Source of the DNA: Nitrosopumilus sp.
GTDB lineage: Archaea > Thermoproteota > Nitrososphaeria > Nitrososphaerales > Nitrosopumilaceae
Length of the DNA: 64,000 nt
Assembly (NCBI GenBank): GCA_965206745.1
Contig: OZ242220.1
Coordinates: forward strand, 1,024,001 to 1,088,000
Reading direction: 5' to 3'
The position numbers and the translations under genes are program-made. Below the pieces are notes generated by a model. It searched no databases, was not told the origin of the DNA, and saw nothing but the letters and a program-made list of their open reading frames with translations. Shown in pieces: positions 10,001-19,600 of this stretch; within the stretch, counting starts at the first letter, position 1; every line of letters begins with the position of its first letter.

Positions 10001-12261
10001 TGGTTGATCATGGTGTATTCCAAGGTACCTGCAAAGGTACTTGTGTTGTCACCTGTCTCTTCAGCTTCAATTCTGATGATTTGGTTTGCGATCCTATCGG
10101 ATCCTACCAAGCCGTCATTGTTGAAACCAAAGGAGAAGAAGTCTGCAACGATTGGATATTTCTTTGAACCGTCAACTACCATAGGAGGACTGAATTCAAA
10201 TACTAATCCAACGTCGAAGGTCTCCCTAAGACTTGGACTAAATAGATTTCCTGTTACATCCTCAAGGGATAGATAATCCTGTGCGTCACCATTGGTAACT
10301 ATTCTGACTGCGCTAGTACCGTTTTCGAATGCACCAGTAGTAGCATTGATTGGCGTAGTGAATCCAGGATATACAAGATAGATATCCACACTGTTTTCAG
10401 CTGCACCTAGACTTCTAATGTCATAGTTGATCAGGTTGAAGCCAGTGAAAGAGTCATCTCGGTTATCATTTATGCTGTCACGTATGTCTCTCATTGTAGA
10501 GCTCAAATCGATAGCAATTGAACCAATTGAAGTTGGAGTATCTGGTGCGTCGAATTGAATTATAGCTCGTTCACTAAAGGTTTCAACAGTTGCATTACCC
10601 TGTGTTAGAGCGCCAGTCATTATATCGATTCTAGTTCTACCAGTACCATCACTGGATATAGAATTCGAACCCACACCGTCAGGACCTTCATCTATAAGAT
10701 CAGCATGACCTACTACTCGCAGTACTCGTTCACTTTCACCCAAAGTGAATGGATCACCAAGGGTTATGGTTGGAATGAGTCCTACGTTTGGATCAAACAA
10801 ATCCAAGTCTTCTTCAACTTTACTGTTCTTGTTGGCATCACCATCTATGATAATTACCGGGATTATTTCACCCGAGTTCCATTCATCATCAGATGCTTTG
10901 ATGTCAATTACGGCAGTATCAAATTCGGCTGAAATTGAATGACCGACTTCATTGTACTCTATAACGGCAGTTGTGCCCCTTTCTGCATTACTTGTAATTT
11001 TCAATACTGATACATCTTGCTCATCATATGTGGCAAAGATGCCAGTGTTGACCTCTTGTTCAGTAAGAGTTACAGGCCATGAACCTTCACCCAGTATAAG
11101 AGCGGGGTCGTTAGTACCTGTAGCGGTAAGATTATTCACCCCAAAGATATCAGGGTTGTTGGTATCACCGCTTGTACCTAAAATCACAAGATCAGTATCA
11201 ACATTATCCTGAATGGTGACTACAGGAATGTTTACATTATTTTGAGCAATAACATCAAGTAGCAATCTACAATTGGTTTCACACTGCATAGCACGACGTG
11301 AATCTTGAATATCGATTACATCACCAGCAAGTCGACCGTTCTCATCGAATACTTGGTAGTATACACCACCAGGTTGGATGTTAGATCCTTCTACACTTGC
11401 AAGGTTATTCTCGTCTTGGAGATTTGTATTAAACGTCCAAGAGTCTTCGTCAGTTGGGTCGATGTTTAACCACCAGTCTGTAACTGTGGCATGCACTTGT
11501 GTATTATGTGAATACTTTGCCCTATCCAATTCGAGCTTGGCAAATTGTTCAACGCTATCAAAGGTAAGTGTCGTTGATTGAACGCCACCTGCTGCATTGT
11601 ATAGTACGTTGACATTTCCACCTTTTGCCAAATTGTATAGTTGTATGAAGGGCCAATAGTCTGGATTAATACCGATTTGTCCTGCTACTTCGGGAGATGG
11701 GAATCCGTTGATATCCCTCTCTTGACGAAGAACATTTTGGTTATCTGTATCGTCTAGTGGAGCAGTACAACGACCGTCATCCTCAACTGTGGGCATGGAG
11801 CCTACATACATTCCGACTGTTTCAGTTATTGAAACTATACTACCACTGCCACTGATATCGGTATTCTCACTACAGAAAGTACCAAAGTCCAATCCAGAAC
11901 CGGCAAATCGTTCTGCTACGGTTCCATCTGCGATTAGGGCTTGATCTTTATCTGCAAAGTAACCATACCAGGTACCATCAGAGGCTTGAACCATTCTAAG
12001 TTTGTTGCCATTGATGGTGACGTCAGGTTCACCTTTTGACTCGTTTGTCTCATTGATGTCAGAATTTATGACCTTGACCTCAATTACTTGAGGACCAGAC
12101 ATGTAGTTGTCAAACTGGGACTGTTCTGCGGAAACCCTTAGGTTAGCGTTGAGTGCAAATGCCTCCGGCGTTACGCCAGGTGCGGCAATTGTCAGACCAC
12201 CAGCTAACATTATTGTCATAAGCGTTAGACTAGTTATTTTTCGTTTTATTTCGTTATACAT
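7096..12261 (-). CDS. slaA: S-layer protein (Nitrosopumilus SlaA / Nmar_1547-like)
   Basis: 1721 aa, signal MYNEIKRKITSLTLMTIMLAGG; very acidic; repeated ETGxxTGIFxG Ig-like motifs; C-terminal AYLVQIQD...WTP...AWES..NPTALSPP typical of thaumarchaeal S-layer proteins. Confidence 0.9.
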   Translation of the reverse strand: MYNEIKRKITSLTLMTIMLAGGLTIAAPGVTPEAFALNANLRVSAEQSQFDNYMSGPQVIEVKVINSDINETNESKGEPDVTINGNKLRMVQASDGTWYGYFADKDQALIADGTVAERFAGSGLDFGTFCSENTDISGSGSIVSITETVGMYVGSMPTVEDDGRCTAPLDDTDNQNVLRQERDINGFPSPEVAGQIGINPDYWPFIQLYNLAKGGNVNVLYNAAGGVQSTTLTFDSVEQFAKLELDRAKYSHNTQVHATVTDWWLNIDPTDEDSWTFNTNLQDENNLASVEGSNIQPGGVYYQVFDENGRLAGDVIDIQDSRRAMQCETNCRLLLDVIAQNNVNIPVVTIQDNVDTDLVILGTSGDTNNPDIFGVNNLTATGTNDPALILGEGSWPVTLTEQEVNTGIFATYDEQDVSVLKITSNAERGTTAVIEYNEVGHSISAEFDTAVIDIKASDDEWNSGEIIPVIIIDGDANKNSKVEEDLDLFDPNVGLIPTITLGDPFTLGESERVLRVVGHADLIDEGPDGVGSNSISSDGTGRTRIDIMTGALTQGNATVETFSERAIIQFDAPDTPTSIGSIAIDLSSTMRDIRDSINDNRDDSFTGFNLINYDIRSLGAAENSVDIYLVYPGFTTPINATTGAFENGTSAVRIVTNGDAQDYLSLEDVTGNLFSPSLRETFDVGLVFEFSPPMVVDGSKKYPIVADFFSFGFNNDGLVGSDRIANQIIRIEAEETGDNTSTFAGTLEYTMINQLNINDLSTYLGLSTIADDPDFIVIEDLTDEDDVRVTYFDLGEDGVSTQVSDQEAAPSHSGVVSFDSDSYKTADTVIITVDDLDLNVDSETKDVYTIVRNATDDNYDVVGSSHVTGGGTSVTLSNGDQLGRLLDVTFDDQTWTEGEHSTCIGSDANVGLGSTGFTLGETSRDSGRFVGSFQIPAQWCHPTNGLETATGLDIEVNYVDFRDASGEVIEVGDSAGVRANTGSVSLDRTVYPVPFGIPADYNPEDNTSHAPSIDNNNRRSLFPIHQSGVNGLGISDQTTGLDSGEYLNAGDLTIHVRINDPDWDVSASGEDTIAYVDPVTGLGPVKVSVIRGSNTVVLTYAGGEATQGGKINVDDIAQNRSTVPEFGPISEIAPDAGIFEADITVRYTDGPASSSCPDTTQYLISDGSRSGDVLDRFTVPQDTVIPGKHCILQGDILQVEYTDPTDASGDVNTVTDSATFDLRNGVLQSDKSVYIIGSDMILTLIEPDLDLDNDQAETYDLDLIEWDSDAATVTMGDADGAGALFDPEPLDFRETGDSTGIFQIVIEVPEALDGDPLERGEEILLEYTDWGPSGSDYVGDEDEDVNLTLFTSNFGATVELDQKVYTWTDKVYITIVAPDHNFDSDLVDEIGETERDPVTIATRGNDLDQYRLVETGTDTGIFTGEVILTGFHHDADGVAGDDTSPRTEGEGPTNGFLQADDDDGLTVSFEFSEDETVVGSALIRWNIGEVQWLEASYPATGTGVVRVIDPDVNLDPEAVDNFDVDVWSDSDSGGIDLTVTETNEATGIFEGTVFFTLGDKSEGHRLRVAEGDTVTVEYEDNTLPDPYSTADELEITATTLIGTVVPPLERVVVSNLRPLDSFENSLDTISVDQQVQVTADLASGQDKDQEFAYLVQIQDGNGVTVSLSWIIGSLYGGQSFSSAVSWTPTSAGDYKITAFAWESLSNPTALSPPVSTEITVS

Positions 12262-12287
12262 GTTATTGATTTTTTACTCTGAAATGA

Positions 12288-12297
12288 GTATTTAATG
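12288..12297 (-). promoter_or_regulatory. putative TATA box of the S-layer gene
   Basis: Minus-strand ttaaata about 30 nt upstream of the ATG at 12261. Confidence 0.4.
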
Positions 12298-12327
12298 TTA
12301 ATGGACGAATCATTCACATATAGAAAT

Positions 12328-12735
12328 TATTTTGCCTCGTCATCAGTGTCTTCCTCCGTCCATTCTGGGTTGATTTTTCTGATTATTTCAGTAGGCATTA
12401 TGTCATCAAATGCGATCTGAGAGGTCACTCCAATGTATTATCTGCTCCTCTATCGTGAGATGGAGTCCCTCAAGCTTGCCGTTTGTCTGAGGGTGCTGTG
12501 ATCTTGAATTTATCAGATCAATTCCCAGATTGAAAAGATTTGCCTCAAATACGTGGATCTGCCACGATTTGGGGGAGATATCCTCTACGAATCCCCACAA
12601 AGCACAAGTCATTATCAGATAGGATGACGGCATGTACTCCGCATCGTTTTATTACATCATGGAGTACCAATACTGCATTCTCAGATGGGGTCTCGGTAAA
12701 TATAGTACAGAGTAAAAATTCGTCAAGATATCAAA
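12328..12735 (-). pseudogene. IS481-like (integrase core/rve) transposase remnant
   Basis: Frameshifted fragments TPSENAVLVL...ILSDND, INSRSQHPQTNGKLE and IRKINPEWTEED. Confidence 0.75.
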
Positions 12736-12839
12736 CAGTATCATTCAATAATCATAAAGATTAGGTATATCATATACATTTTATGCACACACTAGACAAG
12801 GATTTCAAAAACATATTCTGCAAAGAAAAAGATAGTAAG

Positions 12840-13398
12840 GTTGTTCGGAGAATGCTTGCAGTGTACACAGGGTATTGGGAAAAAGGATGACGTATGAAAA
12901 GACAGGCAGTATGCTTATGCGTTCCCCCGACATGGTATCAATATGAGTGCAAAGGTTCAAGGAGGACAGTCTTGATGTCCTCGGGGATCCCCCAGTGGTA
13001 GACATCCAAAAACACAACACAGGAAGATTGACACCATGATAAATGAGACATCCAATTTGCAGATCACGCCATCAGAGTTACATCATCATGAACAGAAACA
13101 TTTTGATAAAATTGTAGTGATGGTGGATATGACACCTCAACATCAGGCAAACAATATCAAAGAGATGCTCAAAAGATACAAGAACATCAAGATAATCTAT
13201 CTGCCAAAGAGATCTACGTATTTGAATGCAGCAGAGTGATGCGGACATCAGGCAAAGCAATGTCTACAGGTTTCTCAATACCATGATACAGTTGAGGCGA
13301 TGCGAGAAAAGATCCCTGAATATTTTAGGATAGTACTATTCAATCTGAGAAATGACGGCGTTTCTTCAGAGAAAGTTAAAATCCCGATGAACTTTTGA
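12840..13398 (+). pseudogene. IS630-family transposase remnant
   Basis: HTH fragment (RMLAV...MLMRSPDMV..*VQRFKE) then DDE_3 segment KIVVMVD..PQH...IIYLPKRSTYLNAAE* with in-frame stops and deletions. Confidence 0.75.
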
Positions 13399-13686
13399 TT
13401 GTCATCATATGAGGTCAACGCCGATGCGAAAGTAACCTCGTCTGCAGAGTTTGCTATTGTAATCATTCCAATTCCGGCTCATACAGGTATATGAACTATT
13501 TGATGAACTTTAGCTTTTTTGATTTGATTTTATTAAACTAGAGATCTAAAAGAGGATGCAGGCAGAGTCATTCAACAAGGCAGATTTTTTTGGTTATTTT
13601 AGGAGCACAATCAGAACTTGAGGATTGGAGATGAACATAAATGAGAGGAGCTGTAAACATGCAAAAAGTGCTCTCATTTACAGACG

Positions 13687-16600
13687 TCACCCCAAGTTAG
13701 AGGATATAGATGTGGGAGGATCAGTACCAAGATAAAAATTGTCAATGAGAAAGCTATGATGAGAAGATTGATACGAGTGATCAACGAAGTATAGCTGTAC
13801 AGTAATATCGTCTTGCCTGAATATGTGCTCTGAGATATCGGTATTAAATGTATGCCATCCAGCATGACGGTTGTTAGGCGGATAGATGTTATTTTTATAC
13901 AAGGTATTACCAGATTGATCTTTTATTTCAAGATAGATATTCTGTCTTCTAAGATCATAAAAGAGGCCGGATACGTCGTAATCAACACCAATGTACAAAA
14001 GATCATCAGAACTATAATTTTCAAGAGATATGTTTCTGGTAATTCCGGCATTGATGTTAAATCCTTGACCAGTGACGAGAGCATATGGTAGGTGGGGATC
14101 ATATATAGGAGAAGAATTTATTATCTTAAATTTGTAATTACTAAAAGTGTTCTGACGGTCCGATTTATGCACGAATTCGAAATAATTCCAGGAACCCTTA
14201 TTTTCAAATGCATCGATTATACTTTCAAATTCAGGAGGAGTAACTGTGACTGTGAAGGTGTCCTGTACAGAGTTGTGATTTGCATCAGTTGCAGTACATA
14301 TGACTGTCGTGCTGCCTACAGAAAATGACTCACCTGAATGATAGTTACACAGTATGGTTACCGTGAAAAGGTCAGTGGCAGTTGAATTTTCAAAATCTAC
14401 AGGAATACGTTCAGCAGAGAACACCATTACATCGTCTGGGAAATTAACAAAGACGGGATTTGTCGTATCTTGAATCATTATACTTTGGGTAGCGCTAGCT
14501 GTATTTCCCAAGCTGTCTCTTGCAGTCCATGTCACTATTGTTTCACCCAGAGGGAAAGAGTCAGGTGCGTCATTAGTTGCATTTACCGAATCGACATTGT
14601 CTGTAACTGTTGCAGTTCCTATATCTACACTAGTCAGTATACCTGTGGCTTCGGTTGTAACATCAGGTGGCAAGTCAAGTATAGGATCCGTAATATCCCG
14701 TATGGTGACTCTCTGTGTGGCAGTTACAAAGTTGCCAGAGTCATCAGTTGCAGTATATGTTATCAGGGTCATACCAACTGGAAAAGAGTCAGGTGCGTCA
14801 TGAGTAATGGCAACATCAGTGTCCACAATATCACGGGCAGCAGGACTGCCAATATCAAGTGGGGTTAGTTGACCTGTAGCTTCGGCAATAATGTTGTGGG
14901 GAACTGCAATGATCGGGTTTGTGGTGTCCCTAACTGTGACTCTTTGGATAGCAGTTACGGTATTTTCTGCGCCATCCCTTGCAGACCATGTCACTATTGT
15001 TTCACCTAGTGGGAAAGAGTCAGGGGCGTCATTGGTTGCATTTACCGAATCAGTATTGTCTGTAACTGCGGCAGTTCCTATATTTACACTAGTCAGTATA
15101 CCTGTGGCTTCGATTATAATATCTGATGGCAAGACAAGCACAGGATTTGTAGTATCCTGTATTATTATTTTCTGGGTATCAGTTGCAAAGTTGTCAGAGT
15201 CATCAGTTGCAGTCCATGTCACAGTGGTTGTACCTGCTAGGAACGATGTTGGAGCATCACTGGTGATTACAGGTGTTGCATCTACTGTATCAGTTGCAGT
15301 GGCAGTGCCCAGTTGAATCATCGAGAGCAGACCGGTAACCTCCAGTGAGATATCATCTGGTGCCACAATAACAGGTTTTGTAGTGTCCCGTATGGTGACT
15401 CTCTGTGTGGCAGTTACAAAGTTGCCAGAGTCATCAGTTGCAATACATGTCACAATGGTTGTACCGACTGGGAACGAGTCAGGTGCGTCATGGATAATGG
15501 CAACATCAGAGTCCACGATATCACGGGCAGTAGGACTGCCAATGTCAAGTGGGGTTAGTTGGCCTGTAGCCTCGGCAGTAATGTCAATAGGAACTGTGAT
15601 GGTTGGGTTTGTAGTGTCCCTAACTGTGACTCTTTGGATGGCAGTTACGGTATTGTCTGCGCCATCCCTTGCAGTCCATGTCACCATTGTTTCACCTAGT
15701 GGAAACGAGTCAGGTGCGTCATTGGTTGCATTTATCGAATCGACATTGTCTGTAACTGTTGCAGTTCCTATATCTACACTGGTCAGTATACCTGTGGCTT
15801 CTGTTGTAACATCAGGTGGCAAGTCAAGTATAGGATCCGTAATATCCCGTATGGTGACTCTCTGTGTGGCAGTTACAATGTTGCCAGAGTCATCAGTTGC
15901 AGTATATGTTATCAAGGTCATACCGACTGGAAAAGAGTCAGGTGCGTCATGAGTAATGGCAACATCAGTGTCCACGATATCACGGGCAGACGGACTGCCA
16001 ATGTCAAGTGAGGTTAGAGTACCTGTAGCTTCGGCAATAATGTTGTGGGGGATTGCAATGATCGGGTCTGTGGTGTCCCTAACTGTGACTCTTTGGATAG
16101 CAGTCACGGTATTGTCTGCGCCATCCCTTGCAGTCCATGTCACCATTGTTTCACCCAGTGGAAACGAGTCAGGTGCGTCATTGGTTGCAGTTATGGAACC
16201 GGCATTGTCTGTAACTGTTGCAGTTCCTATATTTACACTGGTCTGTATACCTGAGGCTTCGATTATAATATCTGATGGCAAGACAAGCACAGGATCCGTA
16301 GTATCCTGTATTATTATTTTCTGGGTATCAGTTGCAAAGTTGCCAGAGTCATCAGTTGCAGTATATGTTACTATGGTTGTACCTACTAGGAACGATGTTG
16401 GAGCATCACTGGTGATTACAGGTGTTGCATCTACTGTATCAGTTGCAGTGGCAGTGCCCAGTTGAATCATCGAGAGCAGACCGGTAACCTCCAGTGAGAT
16501 ATCATCTGGTGCCACAATAACAGGTTTTGTAGTATCCTGTATGGTGACTCTCTGGATGGCAGTTGCAGAGTTGCCAGAGTCATCAGTTGCAGTATATGTT

Positions 16601-19600
16601 ACTATTAGAGTATCTATAGGGAACAAGTCAGGGGCGTCATGAGTAATGGCAACATCCGAGTCCACAATATCACTTGCAGTAGGATTACCTATATTCACAT
16701 CTGATAGTTGACCCGTAGCTTCTGCAACAATGCTGTCAGGGACTGTAATGGTTGGGTCCGTAGTGTCCCTAACTATGATTCTTTGTGTAGCAGTTACGGT
16801 ATTGTCTGCGCCATCCCTTGCAGTCCATGTCACCATTGTTTCACCCAGTGGGAAAGAGTCAGGTGCGTCATTGGTTGCATTGACCGAACCTAAATTGTCT
16901 GCAACTATGACAGTTCCAATATCTACACTAGTCTGTATACCTGTGGCTTCGATTACAACATCAGGTGGCAAGATAATCACCGGATCGGTGGTATCCTGTA
17001 TGGTAACTCTCAGTGTGGCAGTTGCAAAGTTGCCAGAGTCATCAGTTGCAATACATGTCACAATGGTTGTACCGACTGGGAACGAGTCAGGGGCGTCATG
17101 AGTAATGGCAACATCAGGGTCCACAATATCACTTGCAGTAGGACTGACAATGTCAAGTGAGGTTAATTGACCTGTAGCTTCGGCAGTAATGTCAATAGGA
17201 ACTGTAATGGTTGGGTTTGTAGTGTCCCTAACTGTGACTCTTTGGATGGCAGTTACGGTATTGTCTGCGCCATCCCTTGCAGTCCATGTCACCATTGTTT
17301 CACCCAGAGGGAAGGAAGATGGTGCGTCATGGGTTATAGTTGTAGAGGCAGTACCGCTTGTAACTGTTGCAGTTCCTATATCTACACTGGTCTGTATACC
17401 TGTAGCTTCGATTACAACATCAGGTGGCAAGACAAGCACAGGATCCACAGTATCCTGTATTATTATTTTCTGGGTATCAGTTGCAAAGTTGTCAGAGTCA
17501 TCAGTTGCAGTCCATGTTACCTCAGTTATGCCGACTGGAAACGAGTCAGGTGCGTCATGAGTAATGGTAACATCAGTGTCCACAATATCACTTGCAGTCG
17601 GACTGCCAATGTCAAGTGAGGTTAGTTGACCTGTAGCCTCGGCAGTAATGTCAATAGGAACTGTAATGGTTGGGTTTGTAGTGTCCCTAACTATGATTCT
17701 CTGGATGGCAGTCACGGTATTTTCTGCGCCATCCCTTGCAGTCCATGTCACCATTGTTTCACCCAGTGGGAAAGAGTCAGGTGCGTCATGAGTTGCATTG
17801 ACCAAACCTAAATTGTCTGAAACTGTGGCATTTCCAATATTTACGCTAGTCAGTGTGCCTGTGGCCTCGATCACAACATCAGGTGGCAAGACAAGCACAG
17901 GATCCACAGTATCCTGTATTATTATTTTCTGGGTATCAGTTGCAAAGTTGTCAGAGTCATCAGTTGCAGTATATGTTACCTCAGTTATGCCTACTGGAAA
18001 CAAATCTGGTGCGTCATGAGTAATGGTAACATCAGAGTCCACAACATCACTTGCAGTAGGACTACCAATATCCACACTAGTTAGAGCACCTATAGCTTCG
18101 GCAGTAACATCATCAGGCAGTGTGATGATTGGGGCAGTAGTGTCCCTAACTGTGACTCTTTGAATGGCAGTCACGGTATTGTCTGCGCCATCCCTTGCAG
18201 TCCATGTCACCATTGTTTCACCTAATGGGAAGGAAGCAGGTGCGTCATGAGTTGCATTTACCGAACCTAAATTGTCTGAAACTGTGGCAGTGCCTATATC
18301 CACATCAGACATTACACCTGTAGCCTCTGCCATAACATCAGGCGGCAAGACAAGCACAGGATTTGTAGTATCCCGTATGATGACTCTTTGTGTGGCAGTT
18401 ACAAAGTTATCAAAGTCATCAGTTGCAGTATATGTTATCAGAGTAATACCGACTGGGAAAGAGTCAGGGGCGTCATGAGTAATGGCAACATCAGGGTCCA
18501 CGATATCACTTGCAGTAGGACTGACAATGTCAAGTGAGGTTAGTTGGCCTGTAGCCTCGGCAGTAATGTCAATAGGAACTGTGATGGTTGGAGCAGTAGT
18601 GTCTTGAATCGTAACTGTCTGTATGCCTGTTACCATATTTTCAAAGCTGTCTCTGGCCATCCATGTCACAGAGGTATCACCTAGCGGGAAGAAAGCAGGT
18701 GCGTCATTAGTTATTGTCGAGTCAGTATCGTTTGCAACTGTGGCATTTCCAATATTTACGCTAGTCAGCGTACCTGTGGCCTCGATTACAACATCAGGCG
18801 GCAAGACAAGCATGGGGGCAACATAGTCGACCAAAACGGTTCCAACCCGCGCCATCTGATTTAAATCAGCATCAATGGCAGTGCAGGCGATGATGTGAGA
18901 GCCAACTGATAACAGATCACCGTTTGTTATGACAGTTCCACCTGCCATAATACACACAACATCAGGCTCTTGGGTGGGATGATTATCAGTCACCTGAACA
19001 AAGTCAGCACGAGTTCCAGTGGAACTATCAGCAGTCAGCACAGTTGCAAATGAGATCACTGGCGATGTTTTATCAGCGACATGGATACGAATGGAATCAT
19101 GACCTGTACGGTTGGATGATTTGCTCGTGAACCCAAGAGTCACTTCATAGGATTCATCAATTAGGGAATGCGGAGGGTTCCAGGTCAGCTGACCTCCATC
19201 TGAAAGCATCATTCCAGGATTTTCAACTCGACTACTATCTTGGTGTACATGTCTAATATTCCAAGACAGATCATCGGGGTCTGGCGTCCTGTCATCTAGC
19301 ATCAGATATTCTTTGGGTTGGCCTGATGTGAAGACAAATGGCAAGTTAGAATCAAATATGTATATCACCTCGATATCCCCCACATTAAACACGTGGACCA
19401 AAGATGTTTCGGCCCCATGAATGTCAGTTAGGATAATTTCAACTGTGACAGAAGTGTTACCATATGCCGGTCTAGAAGCAAATGTAAAGTATCCATCATC
19501 AGCCAAGAATGCCCCCACAATAGGATTTGCCAAACTCCATCTCACAGCATCGCCGTCAGGATCCGAACCTGTAAAAGTATGTGCTATACGCTGGTTTACC

